From: Candidatus Omnitrophota bacterium
Lineage (GTDB): Bacteria; Omnitrophota; Omnitrophia; Omnitrophales; Aquincolibacteriaceae
Direction: 5' to 3'
Assembly (NCBI GenBank): GCA_022705945.1
Contig: JAKJDL010000001.1
Span: forward strand, 227,582-291,581
Length of the DNA stretch: 64,000 nt
In this document: in pieces, positions 19,292 to 28,222 of the stretch
How the letters are laid out: every line of letters begins with the position of its first letter
Numbering within the stretch: the stretch's first letter is position 1
Made by a program: the position numbers and the translations under genes
The notes under the pieces: generated by a model
The model's input: the letters and a program-made list of their open reading frames with translations, nothing else
Databases searched by the model: none
What the model was told of the DNA's origin: nothing

Positions 19292-20269
19292 CTAGATCCA
19301 CTTCTTGAGCTTCATCCAGACAAGCATCCCAACCGAAGAGACCGCGCAAAGAGCGAGGGCGAACCAGTAGCCAAAGGGCCATTCGAGTTCCGGCATATGA
19401 CGGAAATTCATTCCGTAGATGCTCGCGATAATGACCGGCGGAAGGGTAATCGTGGCGAGAACAGTGAGCCGCTTGGTGACTTCGTTCAATTTGGTGGATG
19501 TGTAGGAAAAATAGACCTGAAGAATGCTGTTCAGGGTTTCCTGATAGCTTTCCGCCATGCTCTGGATCCGGACAAGGTGATCGTAAACGTCCCGGAAATA
19601 CATGAGGTTTTTGGTCTTGATAAACCGGGTCGGATTGCGCGTCAGGGAGTAAAGCGTATCCCTCTGGGGGGCAATCACCCGGCGAAGAGTGAAGATATCC
19701 TGCTTAATCTGGAGAAGCGTGTTCAGGTAGTTCTTGGAACCGTTTTCGAACATGTGTTTTTCCAGCGCGTCGATTTTCACGTCATAATCGTGCAGCACGG
19801 GCAGGTAGCTGTCCACAAGGTGGTCGAGGATCGAGTGAACCAGAAGGTCAGAAGTGCCGCCCATCAGAACCTGCGCTTTCTTTTGCACCACGTCCTTGAC
19901 CTGCATGATGCCGGGGATCGGAGCTCTGTGGAATGTTACGACATAGTTTTCGCCGATAAAAATATTCAGCTCTACCGTCCCGAGTTCCTTTTGGTTATCT
20001 TTTTCATGCATCCCGACCGCGTGAACCACGAGGAAAAGGTATTCCTCATAATCGTCCACTTTGGGCTGGGAGTGATCCGTAATACAGTCTTCAACGGCAA
20101 GCGGATGAAAATTGAATATTTCGACAAGAGTCTCCTCTTCAAAATCGTTGGCGTTCTCGAAGTCCACCCAGAGGAGGCCTCCTTTTTCCTGAAGCGCCGA
20201 AAGCATGCGCGCCCTGGAGAGGTCCGTCTCGACCGGACTGCCTTTTTTATAAAGAAAGCTCGTGATCAT
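19292..20269 (-). CDS. corA: Magnesium/cobalt transporter CorA.
   Basis: YGMNF (GMN signature) followed by two C-terminal TM helices. Confidence 0.9.
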   Translation of the reverse strand: MITSFLYKKGSPVETDLSRARMLSALQEKGGLLWVDFENANDFEEETLVEIFNFHPLAVEDCITDHSQPKVDDYEEYLFLVVHAVGMHEKDNQKELGTVELNIFIGENYVVTFHRAPIPGIMQVKDVVQKKAQVLMGGTSDLLVHSILDHLVDSYLPVLHDYDVKIDALEKHMFENGSKNYLNTLLQIKQDIFTLRRVIAPQRDTLYSLTRNPTRFIKTKNLMYFRDVYDHLVRIQSMAESYQETLNSILQVYFSYTSTKLNEVTKRLTVLATITLPPVIIASIYGMNFRHMPELEWPFGYWFALALCAVSSVGMLVWMKLKKWI

Positions 20270-20379
20270 TTCTCTCTCACCCCGGCGTTATGATACCAAC
20301 CGCTTTCTTTTTTTGCGACATAAAATTTAAACTTCGGAGGATTCTTGATCTATAATGGCTGCGCTTCGGAAAAGATCTC

Positions 20380-20751
20380 ATGGCCCAAAAAATCGTTGTG
20401 ATCGAAGATGAAGCCGAGATTCTTAAAATGGTCTCGGAGTTTCTGCTTGAGTCGGGTTACGCGTGCTATGGGGCTCTCAATGCTCCGGACGGCCTGGCCT
20501 TGGTCAAAAAAGAGCTCCCTTCACTCGTTCTCCTGGATATCGGCCTTCCGGGCATGAACGGCCTTGAAGTTCTTGAAAAAATCCGGCGGGATTACCCTGA
20601 AACATCTGTCTTGATCCTAAGCGGGCACCAAGAAACGGAAATTGTTAAAAGAGCGCTAACGGCGGGAGCCTCGGAGTACATCACCAAACCGATCCAGCTT
20701 GAAACCCTGCTGAATCACTTCATCAAAGAGCTAATAGGCCCGCCCCGGTAG
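20380..20751 (+). CDS. Stand-alone response-regulator receiver domain (CheY-like).
   Basis: IVVIEDE, LVLLDIGLPGMNG with the phospho-acceptor Asp, and SGHQE...K motifs. Confidence 0.85.
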   Translation: MAQKIVVIEDEAEILKMVSEFLLESGYACYGALNAPDGLALVKKELPSLVLLDIGLPGMNGLEVLEKIRRDYPETSVLILSGHQETEIVKRALTAGASEYITKPIQLETLLNHFIKELIGPPR

Positions 20752-20754
20752 GAA

Positions 20755-21123
20755 TTATCTGTGTTTTTGGGCAACATAACCGCGGATCGCCTGAAGGTCT
20801 TTTTTCCCAAGCTTGCAAAACTCGACTCCCGAACGGAACAAGTCTTTTTCAAGATAACCGGTATATTTGACCGCCCCTTTAACGGCGATTAGCCTTTCCT
20901 TCGTATCCGGGAGCCGGAAGTTGAGGGTTATGATCGTATCGATCGGGATTCCTTCCTCAAACGTAATCAACTTGACGCCGCCTTCCGAAATATCCGAAAT
21001 ACGTGTCTGAACGCCGATTTCTTTATCGCGGACCGAACAAAAATAGCGCGTTACGGCATAAATATCCGCCCTGACGAATCTGCGTCTTTCCTGATTTTGG
21101 GTTTCATGTAGCTGCTTCGACAT
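20755..21123 (-). CDS. PilZ-domain protein (c-di-GMP-binding family).
   Basis: RRRFVR...DISEGGVKL corresponds to the RxxxR and DxSxxG PilZ motifs. Confidence 0.65.
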   Translation of the reverse strand: MSKQLHETQNQERRRFVRADIYAVTRYFCSVRDKEIGVQTRISDISEGGVKLITFEEGIPIDTIITLNFRLPDTKERLIAVKGAVKYTGYLEKDLFRSGVEFCKLGKKDLQAIRGYVAQKHR

Positions 21124-21151
21124 ACGGCAAACTCCCTGTATATTGATAATA

Positions 21152-22837
21152 TTACATCACCCGGTTCGTTTTTGTCTTGAACAAAATCCCGAAAGCTTCG
21201 GCCATTAGTAGGCAGGCGAGGCCCAAAAGCGTCACGGCGGTTATCGCCATCGGATCCCAAACGATCCGGCGCAAAAGGATCATGGTTTTAAACCACGGTT
21301 TGAGAATAAAATAAAGCGACGCGACGGCCACCACGGTCATAAAAACAGAAGGGAGAAGCGTGATCATTATATTTTTTCCCTTTTTCAAGAGCCAGAGGCT
21401 GACTCCCAAAAGCGCCAGCGCGGCAAGCAGCTGATTGCTTGACCCAAAGACCATCCAGAACATTTTCCACGCCGGAATGACGTTGCCCGCCCCGTCCGTC
21501 ATCTTGCCTGTCACAAAAACAGCCGGAAGGATCAGCGTTATAAAAGCCGCCGCATAAGGGCTCCATTTCCCCCGCCACCCCGTGAGCTCCTCGAAAATAT
21601 AACGCCCGAGCCTTGTCGCAACATCGAGCGTGTCATAAACAAAAGTGGCAAACGCCAGAAGCGCAAAATTGAGCGCAAGCTCCCGCGAAATGCCGAGAGA
21701 GTTTAAAAACAGCCCGACCCCGTTCGCGAAAATGAGGTTGGGATCGCGCAACTCGCCGGCTTGTGCTGTCGTCAAAACCAGCACCGTCGCAAGGGCAATG
21801 ACCGCGACAAAACTTTCGAGAAGAAGACCGCCGTATCCAATCAACTTGATATCCGATTCCTTCGAGATCTGCTTCGAAGTCGTTCCGGAAGAAACAAGAG
21901 CGTGAAAACCGGAACAGGCGCCGCAGGCGACAGTCGTGAAAAGGAGCGGAAGGAGCGGGAATCCGGACGGGCTTAACCAGCCTGTGAATGCCGGATAATG
22001 GACGGTATAACCCCCGATAATGCTTCCCGCCAGTATCCCGATAAGACTGACTCCTGCCAACAAGGTCAAAAAAAATCCTCCGAGGTAGCCTCGCGGCTGC
22101 AGAAGCATCCACATGGGGATCACGGCCGCGACAAAACAGTATCCCAGAAGAAGAAAATTCCAGCTCGTCTTGAGGTCCGCTCCGAAAAGGCTCGGGAGAA
22201 CGAACGGAAATTTCGGGCCGAGCCAGATCGCCAGAAAAATCAGCGGGATGAAAATCACGGTGGTAACGGCCAGGGGGGCTTTGAAAACCCTGAGGATGAT
22301 CCCCATCGCCACGGCCAAACCGAGATACATCATGGATGAGGAAGCGACACCGGGACCGCGAACGGGGTCCGCAAATGTCCCCGCTGTGATATCCATGAAA
22401 GTCGTGATGATATAGATGAGAGAAAACCAGAGAAAAAGAAGAAAAAGGATAAACGCCTTACGGCTCATGTTCTCGCGGATCACCTCGGCAATGGAACGGC
22501 CCTGATGACGGACCGAGACGGCCACCGTAAAAAAATCATGCACCCCGCCGATCAGGATTCCCCCCAGAAGGATCCAGAGAAGTGTCGGTAGCCAACCGAA
22601 CCAGAGCCCCGCAAGGATCGGTCCGACAATGGGTCCTGCCGCCGCGATTGCGGAAAAATGCTGCCCGAGAAGATACCATTTTCCGGCAGGAACATAGTCA
22701 ACATCGTCCCGCTTCGCGTGCGCGGGAGTCGGCCGGTCATCTCTCAGATTTAAAAATTTCGCGAGAAAGGTCCCGTAAACAAAATACCCCGCAAGCAGGG
22801 TTCCTCCGGAGATCAGTATTAAAAAAAGAAGACTCAT
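21152..22837 (-). CDS. cstA: Carbon starvation protein CstA (peptide/pyruvate transporter family).
   Basis: 561-aa polytopic membrane protein with a CstA-type N-terminus MSLLFLILISGGTLLAGYFVYGTFLAKF and a conserved internal region. Confidence 0.8.
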   Translation of the reverse strand: MSLLFLILISGGTLLAGYFVYGTFLAKFLNLRDDRPTPAHAKRDDVDYVPAGKWYLLGQHFSAIAAAGPIVGPILAGLWFGWLPTLLWILLGGILIGGVHDFFTVAVSVRHQGRSIAEVIRENMSRKAFILFLLFLWFSLIYIITTFMDITAGTFADPVRGPGVASSSMMYLGLAVAMGIILRVFKAPLAVTTVIFIPLIFLAIWLGPKFPFVLPSLFGADLKTSWNFLLLGYCFVAAVIPMWMLLQPRGYLGGFFLTLLAGVSLIGILAGSIIGGYTVHYPAFTGWLSPSGFPLLPLLFTTVACGACSGFHALVSSGTTSKQISKESDIKLIGYGGLLLESFVAVIALATVLVLTTAQAGELRDPNLIFANGVGLFLNSLGISRELALNFALLAFATFVYDTLDVATRLGRYIFEELTGWRGKWSPYAAAFITLILPAVFVTGKMTDGAGNVIPAWKMFWMVFGSSNQLLAALALLGVSLWLLKKGKNIMITLLPSVFMTVVAVASLYFILKPWFKTMILLRRIVWDPMAITAVTLLGLACLLMAEAFGILFKTKTNRVM

Positions 22838-23230
22838 GAGGTCGGTCTCAAATAAGGTTACGATCCAGCGTTGCTCTTTCTCCTGATCGGCAAATGCGGT
22901 CCATTACAACCTGTTTCAAGCTTGCCCGAAAAACAAATTTGCCAAAACAGCCCGCCCATGACTGCTCATGTTTAGCAGAAGCCCCTGCCGGGCAAAAAAA
23001 CAACGGCGGGGAACCCCCTTGTCCCAATAAACAAAAATGAGTTTCCAGCGGACGATAAGCGAACCCTACACCCCATCGAAATACCGCTGCTTACAAAAAT
23101 TCACCGCAACAACGGTATGGGTTGGCTTATTGCCCTTGACGCCATATTCCCAAAGCCAACAAATCGAAAGAACAAACAAATCCGGGGCCTCACTACAACC
23201 ATGTTATTTAGTTATCCCAATCACACTTCG

Positions 23231-24034
23231 CTACCCTAACTGATTTAAGATGTCTATAGATGTTCTTGCAATATCCATCATTATCTCTCGCATCTCATTT
23301 TCTCTCCAAGGGTTACATCTAGCATATATAGAAGCGGCTTGAAGCATTATTGACGAATTTTTATGCCCTATAAAAATGTTCTTACAATAATTGCGGTTAA
23401 TCGGCATACAATAATTTGCCGCCGTTACTCTATCAATTCTATTCATTGCGCCTGAATCAGATCTAATCTCAACAAAAGAACCATCCGGCCTAAATGCTTG
23501 AACTGTTTCGGTTGCAAAGTTAGACCCCTGCAAGAATACCGCGCACGGAAAATGATATTCATCAAGCATAAAATTTCTGATTTCACTAATGTTCTTATAC
23601 ACTCTCTCAATGGCATTTCCCGCTACCATTAAATCTTGATCTTTATTCTTTCCGACAAGAATTCCCGCCTTGATGTTTTCCACATCTTTGCCCTGATACT
23701 TTGCTTCGCTAACCAAAACAACTCTCCACCGTTTGTCTTTATCTTGAACTTCAATAATTCCTCCGTCAGGTTTTATTTTTGACTCTTTAACAAAAAGGGT
23801 TTTCCCCAATCTCCTGTCTATTGAGTTTAGCTTTTTATTTATTTCCTGTTTGCCGATGAATTTCCTGAATCTAAACCGGTACTTTTGATAATCTTTTTTC
23901 AGAGCATTGAATACACTCATGCCCACACGATGAACAGACACGTCATGCGCCTGAGCATCTTTACCAAAAATGCCGCTTGCACCCCCCGACAAGCTGTGCT
24001 GTTTAGTTAGTCGCTTTGCCTGTCCTTTACTCAT
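23231..24034 (-). CDS. Type II restriction endonuclease, EcoRI/RsrI family.
   Basis: Collinear with R.EcoRI as I recall it. LTKQHSLSGGASGIFGKDAQAHD matches LTEQHKLSQGVIGIFGDYAKAHD. KPDGGIIEV...VVLVSEAKYQGKD is the PD...EAK catalytic motif. GKNKDQDLMVAGNAIERVYKNISEIRNFML is also shared. Confidence 0.9.
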   Translation of the reverse strand: MSKGQAKRLTKQHSLSGGASGIFGKDAQAHDVSVHRVGMSVFNALKKDYQKYRFRFRKFIGKQEINKKLNSIDRRLGKTLFVKESKIKPDGGIIEVQDKDKRWRVVLVSEAKYQGKDVENIKAGILVGKNKDQDLMVAGNAIERVYKNISEIRNFMLDEYHFPCAVFLQGSNFATETVQAFRPDGSFVEIRSDSGAMNRIDRVTAANYCMPINRNYCKNIFIGHKNSSIMLQAASIYARCNPWRENEMREIMMDIARTSIDILNQLG

Positions 24035-25010
24035 TGCGATGCTCCATGATAGAGGTGCTGTGTAATGATCGCCGATTCACCAAATTAATTTCTTTTAGCA
24101 CCATGTCAATATTGGCATCTTTCATTAGACTATATTTTGGCAAAAACATATTTGCTTCAATCTGCTTAATGTGTTTATCAAGATAACCATGCAGTTTTTT
24201 GTCTGAATCCACCAAGAGTGAATGTCGCCGTTCTTCAATGCAAACACGTCCTGTGGTTCCAGAACCGGCAAAAAAGTCGAGGACTATTGAACCTTCAAAA
24301 GATAAGGCTTTAACAAATCGCCTGATCAGCTCGGCCGGCTTTTGTGTAAGATGACCAACTCTTTCAGAGGAATTCCCATTTAATCTCCCTATTTCCCAAA
24401 CATTCGTCGGATTCTTTCCCTTATCAACACTTTCAGGATTAAGGCGCTTGTCTTTTTTGTACATCATTTTTGTTGCCTCATCAAACGGCACTCTAACGGA
24501 ATCTAAATCAAAATAGTATTTACTTGTCTTAGAAAGCCATACTGCTTCTTCATGCCTGTTGGCAAAAAAACGGTGAGCGCTCATTCCATTTTTATAGTAC
24601 CAGATAATCAAATTAGTGAATCGTAAATCTGTTTTATGGCGGGTGTAGTGAAGGATTTCAAGGAGATCTCCTTTCTTCAAATCCTGATATTGAAAACCGC
24701 CAAAAATGACACAGTTACCCGAATCGGATAATATGCGATGGATTTGATTCAACCATCCTTTTGCCCAATCAAGATAGTTGTTGAAACTATCCCACTCATC
24801 CAAGTCAAGATTATATGGCGGGTCAATCAGAATTAATTGAACTGACGAGTCGGGCAATGCTTTCAAAAAATCAACTGCATCTTGGATAAAAACACCATGA
24901 ACCGTATGTGGCGGCGCAATTCGTTTAACCATCGAGTTGTGGTGAATCCCGTTCCTTTTCAACCGATTCATTGCCATATGCCCGCTATTAAAATGTGATT
25001 TATTAGCCAT
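24027..25010 (-). CDS. N6-adenine DNA methyltransferase, beta class (M.RsrI-like). Cognate methyltransferase of the EcoRI-family endonuclease.
   Basis: Motif IV LILIDPPYNL precedes motif I LDFFAGSGTTG, which gives beta-class order. There is an 8-nt overlap with the downstream R gene. Confidence 0.85.
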   Translation of the reverse strand: MANKSHFNSGHMAMNRLKRNGIHHNSMVKRIAPPHTVHGVFIQDAVDFLKALPDSSVQLILIDPPYNLDLDEWDSFNNYLDWAKGWLNQIHRILSDSGNCVIFGGFQYQDLKKGDLLEILHYTRHKTDLRFTNLIIWYYKNGMSAHRFFANRHEEAVWLSKTSKYYFDLDSVRVPFDEATKMMYKKDKRLNPESVDKGKNPTNVWEIGRLNGNSSERVGHLTQKPAELIRRFVKALSFEGSIVLDFFAGSGTTGRVCIEERRHSLLVDSDKKLHGYLDKHIKQIEANMFLPKYSLMKDANIDMVLKEINLVNRRSLHSTSIMEHRNE

Positions 25011-25145
25011 CTAAGTTTTTTGCCCGTAAATCTTTAGTCGCATTTTTTCAATCTCTTCTTGAGCGTCACCGTATTGAGCATAAAACTTATCGTTCTTTGC
25101 CCGTCTTGCGTTCTTAAGATTTTTGATTGAAGGTTTTCTAGCCAT
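25011..25145 (-). CDS. 44-aa basic ORF translationally coupled to the methyltransferase gene: its TAG stop directly abuts the M gene ATG.
   Basis: MARKPSIKNLKNARRAKNDKFYAQYGDAQEEIEKMRLKIYGQKT. It lies in the low-GC islet. Its stop is at 25011-25013 and the methyltransferase start is at 25008-25010. Confidence 0.3.
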   Translation of the reverse strand: MARKPSIKNLKNARRAKNDKFYAQYGDAQEEIEKMRLKIYGQKT

Positions 25146-25242
25146 AATTCATTTAATCCAATAAATAGCACGGGATTCGCGCCCGCAATTAGTGTGAACG
25201 CCTTCCTCGACCCTCCGACGAGGAGGGTTCACCCCAAAAAAC

Positions 25243-25332
25243 TGGCGGAGGGAGTAGGATTCGAACCTACGAGACCCTTACGGGCCTAACGGTTTTCAAG
25301 ACCGCCGCATTCAACCGCTCTGCCATCCCTCC
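25243..25332 (-). tRNA. tRNA-Ser, anticodon TGA. Class II tRNA with a long variable arm.
   Basis: GGAGGGATGGCAGAGCGGTTGAATGC...GGTCTTGAAAACC...GGTTCGAATCCTACTCCCTCCGCCA. The anticodon loop is CT-TGA-AA, with T-loop TTCGAATCC and an encoded CCA. Confidence 0.85.
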
Positions 25333-25387
25333 GTTGGAAAATTCATTTCAAGTTTTTTCGCTTTGCCGCATCTTCATCAAGAACGCC

Positions 25388-25415
25388 CCCCCTCTTTGAA
25401 GTCTCAAAGAGGGGG
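25388..25415. promoter_or_regulatory. Perfect 12-bp GC-clamped hairpin (CCCCCTCTTTGA-agtc-TCAAAGAGGGGG) between tadA and tRNA-Ser. No U-tract follows.
   Basis: Read directly from the sequence. It could be an atypical terminator or an RNA processing element. Confidence 0.35.
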
Positions 25416-25528
25416 ACAAGACTGCCGCATTCCCGTAGGGTTCGCCTGCCCCGCATCTCCGGATTTGTTGAGAAAATATTCGAGGCAAATTCGTCCCGAT
25501 CGCCTCTTCCCGAAGGAAAGCGTCCGGG

Positions 25529-26056
25529 CTATCTTTTCTCTTTACGCAGTTGTTTAAAAAACTCACTCAACAGAAACTTCGTTTCATCCGCCATCACCCC
25601 GCCGGTCACTTTTACCCGATGGTTCAAGCGGTCGTCTTCCGTAATATGATAAAGACTTCGGCAAGCCCCCGCCCTCGGATCGAGTGCTCCGAACACCAGA
25701 TTCTCGCATTTTGTCATGACAAGCGCGCCGGCACACATCGGGCAAGGCTCAAGCGTCACATAAAGCGTCGCGCCCTCAAGCGAACCGCGATGGCTCTTAT
25801 CTTTCGGCCTCGCTTCTTCCATCCCGGCAAGCGTTTCGGACGCCTGCGTCAGCGCGATCATTTCCGCATGCGCCGTCGGATCCCTCAGCGTTTCCATCTG
25901 ATTATGAGCCCGCGCGACGATCTTGTTTTTCCAGACCACTACCGCCCCGACCGGGACTTCCCCTTTTTCGAGAGCCTGCACAGCCTGTTTGATCGCCTCT
26001 TTCATGAAATGCTGGTGGTCGGGCTTCTCCACCCCGCGAGAGGGTTTTATGGACAC
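25529..26056 (-). CDS. tadA: tRNA-specific adenosine deaminase TadA.
   Basis: HAEMIAL...LYVTLEPCPMCAGAL is the CDA zinc motif HAE...PCxxC. The likely true start is the internal MKEAIKQ codon. Confidence 0.9.
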   Translation of the reverse strand: MSIKPSRGVEKPDHQHFMKEAIKQAVQALEKGEVPVGAVVVWKNKIVARAHNQMETLRDPTAHAEMIALTQASETLAGMEEARPKDKSHRGSLEGATLYVTLEPCPMCAGALVMTKCENLVFGALDPRAGACRSLYHITEDDRLNHRVKVTGGVMADETKFLLSEFFKQLRKEKR

Positions 26057-26173
26057 AGCGAACCCACTCTGTTAAAAACATCACTTTTCGTCAGCATTGA
26101 TCAAACCATCCTCTTCAGGAACTCTTGTCAGAAGCGGGCACTATTATAGGTTTTTAGCTCACAAGTGGTAGGA

Positions 26174-26215
26174 GAAAAAAAGACCCGGCTCCGTTATTGC
26201 GGAACCGGGTCTTCA
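26174..26215 (-). terminator. Rho-independent terminator for the OMP gene.
   Basis: Minus-strand reading: AGACCCGGTTCCG-caataa-CGGAGCCGGGTCT followed by TTTTTTT. Confidence 0.65.
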
Positions 26216-26257
26216 GAAAAACTTCGTCTTCTTTGTCTTTAAGCCGCAAGAACCGTT

Positions 26258-27223
26258 TTAAAAATCATACCGGATCTTACCGTAACCGACATTCTCGAGA
26301 TCCCTGTTTTGCATGAGCATTTCCCAGTTAGCCGAGAAAGTCATATGCCCTTTGTTCAGGAAAATAAGGCCGGCACCAAAAAGGCCCGTGTTCCTCTGCC
26401 GGTTGTGGCTCTGGATGTCGCGAATATAGGCGATCAGCCACTCGCCTTTCACGTAAGGAATAAATGTCCCGAGTTTCTCGGAAACCAGCGATTTTGCAAT
26501 CTGAACGCCGAACCCCTGTTCGAGATCGGTCGCGCCGCCATCCTTAATCTTGTAATCATTGGCGCCTAAACCCTTCACTCTCGCCGTGTTCCGGTAGAGG
26601 TAATTATAATTCAATTCCGTAAAAGGCGTGATGTGAATCGAATTGTCTTCTCCCATATTGAAAATATATCCCGCCTCCGTTCCGAGAGCATATTCCTGGG
26701 CGTGAAAATCCGATTTTCCGACTTCCAGGTTGGGAGCAAGGGCAAGGTCATAACGCTCGGTGCGCAAGTCATAGTTGTGCTGTGTAAATCCGAGAGCGCT
26801 ATCGACATACCATCCGTCAATTCCCTGGTTGCGAACGGCCTCGGGAGAATACTTGCCGCGAGCGCGCGATTCACACAGATCAATCGAGTCGTAAGTAGCC
26901 GTCAAAACAGTCGCGAACGAATGATCATTGATACCGTAGCTTCCATATCCCGTCTGATTTTGTTTGAAATTCTTGTTGGAATAACCGTATCCAAAGTTCG
27001 CTCCGAGCCGGGTATGGCGGTTGACGATCTTGTCAAACCCCACGGTGTAATCCATTATGTTGTCCTGAAAAGCCTTATATCCTTTGTTTTCTCTCTGATT
27101 GTCCTGACCGGCAAGACCTTGAACCCAGATACCCGTGCCGCCCAAATCATTTTCAGCAAAGGCGGGGGTGACGGGTGAGAAGACAAATGAAAGGATCGCG
27201 ATTACAGAGAAGATTTTCTTCAT
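26258..27223 (-). CDS. Outer-membrane beta-barrel protein (autotransporter/OMP-like barrel ending in aromatic F).
   Basis: AAGGAG RBS and signal peptide MKKIFSVIAILSFVFSPVTPAFA. The sequence alternates hydrophobic beta-strands and ends ...IRYDF. Confidence 0.55.
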   Translation of the reverse strand: MKKIFSVIAILSFVFSPVTPAFAENDLGGTGIWVQGLAGQDNQRENKGYKAFQDNIMDYTVGFDKIVNRHTRLGANFGYGYSNKNFKQNQTGYGSYGINDHSFATVLTATYDSIDLCESRARGKYSPEAVRNQGIDGWYVDSALGFTQHNYDLRTERYDLALAPNLEVGKSDFHAQEYALGTEAGYIFNMGEDNSIHITPFTELNYNYLYRNTARVKGLGANDYKIKDGGATDLEQGFGVQIAKSLVSEKLGTFIPYVKGEWLIAYIRDIQSHNRQRNTGLFGAGLIFLNKGHMTFSANWEMLMQNRDLENVGYGKIRYDF

Positions 27224-27553
27224 TGGGAATAGCTCCTTTAGAAAGGTTTTACGCTTCGTTTCTTCAAATCGTTCGTTCATGGTTCTTTCAGCCCCGTTTT
27301 TATCCTGATAATTTGCCAGTCTCTCTCGCTCTGTCAAAATTCAGTCCTGACCGGGCCGTCACTTCCACTTATAATTATGAGGCCGTCCCTCAAAACAGCA
27401 CAGGGAGTATAATCCCAACTCTTTCTCTCTGCAATTCTTTTTTTACAAAGAATTTACAGGTCTTCGGGTTATCGGCGGATAGTTTGGTATCTTGAGGGTT
27501 TTTTAATGCTGCCGCACAGGCTGGCGCTACAAATCATTATATTTTTTGTTTGA

Positions 27554-28222
27554 TCATGATCCGGAACGGGAGGCATTCGCAGACGCCGCCCGCAAAGCAT
27601 CCTGAAAGCTGATCTTCGCCGGATCTCCCGCCGCCGACACGGTCATTGCGTCATGAACATAGTTCTCCTCGCCGGGCTTGATCTTGGATTCCAAGACAAT
27701 GTCGGCGGCGACGGCGTTCACAACCACGGCACCTCCGGCCAGCATCCCCGTCCCCGCTCCTCCCGTCCCGGCCGCAGCGGCCACCGGCATGGCCGCCGTC
27801 ACCACCCCTCCCGCCACACCAAGGGTCATCATGGTGGCCGCAAAAACATAAACCTTCCTCCGGTCGCTCACGGGCCCGTCATAGGGAACGTCCCTCGCGT
27901 TCGCATCGAGCATTCCATAATCCGGCCGGATCTCGCGCTTTTTGAAATCGGGAAAAGGATTCCGGGCAATCTGGCCGGCGCCCAAGGTTACAAACGGTTT
28001 CCCCGTCTGGGGATGCTCTCTCACATAAACCTTCGCGCCGCTGTCGGGAAAAACCTCGTTTTCGGCGGCGCGGGCCGGACCACAGAGCATGGTCACTGCG
28101 AGCAACGCAGCAACCATCCTTCCCGGCAATCCCCGTTCAGGGGATAGACATACAGCGGCTGCCCATCCCATAAGCCCCTCGGGCCTGTTCGGCATTTTCA
28201 GCCTATTCCGTTTTTGAAACAT
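27554..28222 (-). CDS. Exported Gly/Ala-rich glycine-zipper-type protein (SlyB/Pcp-like). Start uncertain.
   Basis: Signal-like MVAALLAVTMLCGPARA and a C-terminal GVAGGVVTAAMPVAAAAGTGGAGTGMLAGGAVV glycine zipper. Confidence 0.4.
   Translation of the reverse strand: MFQKRNRLKMPNRPEGLMGWAAAVCLSPERGLPGRMVAALLAVTMLCGPARAAENEVFPDSGAKVYVREHPQTGKPFVTLGAGQIARNPFPDFKKREIRPDYGMLDANARDVPYDGPVSDRRKVYVFAATMMTLGVAGGVVTAAMPVAAAAGTGGAGTGMLAGGAVVVNAVAADIVLESKIKPGEENYVHDAMTVSAAGDPAKISFQDALRAASANASRSGS

Larger units (their letters stand above)
22838..25242. mobile_element. Putative horizontally acquired islet: a low-GC restriction-modification cassette inserted next to the 3' end of tRNA-Ser. No integrase is present, so it may be a remnant.
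   Basis: By eye the GC drops sharply within the R and M genes and the small ORF, and the 22.8-23.2 kb leader is also AT-richer than the flanks. The right boundary is the tRNA 3' end at 25243. Confidence 0.45.

Noticed and set aside
19256-20293. 345-aa + strand ORF.
   Set aside because: Antisense to corA.
20270-20379. Possible Mg2+ riboswitch (M-box) upstream of corA.
   Set aside because: The intergenic region is only ~110 nt and lacks recognisable M-box conserved segments.
25550-26149. 199-aa + strand ORF.
   Set aside because: Antisense to tadA.
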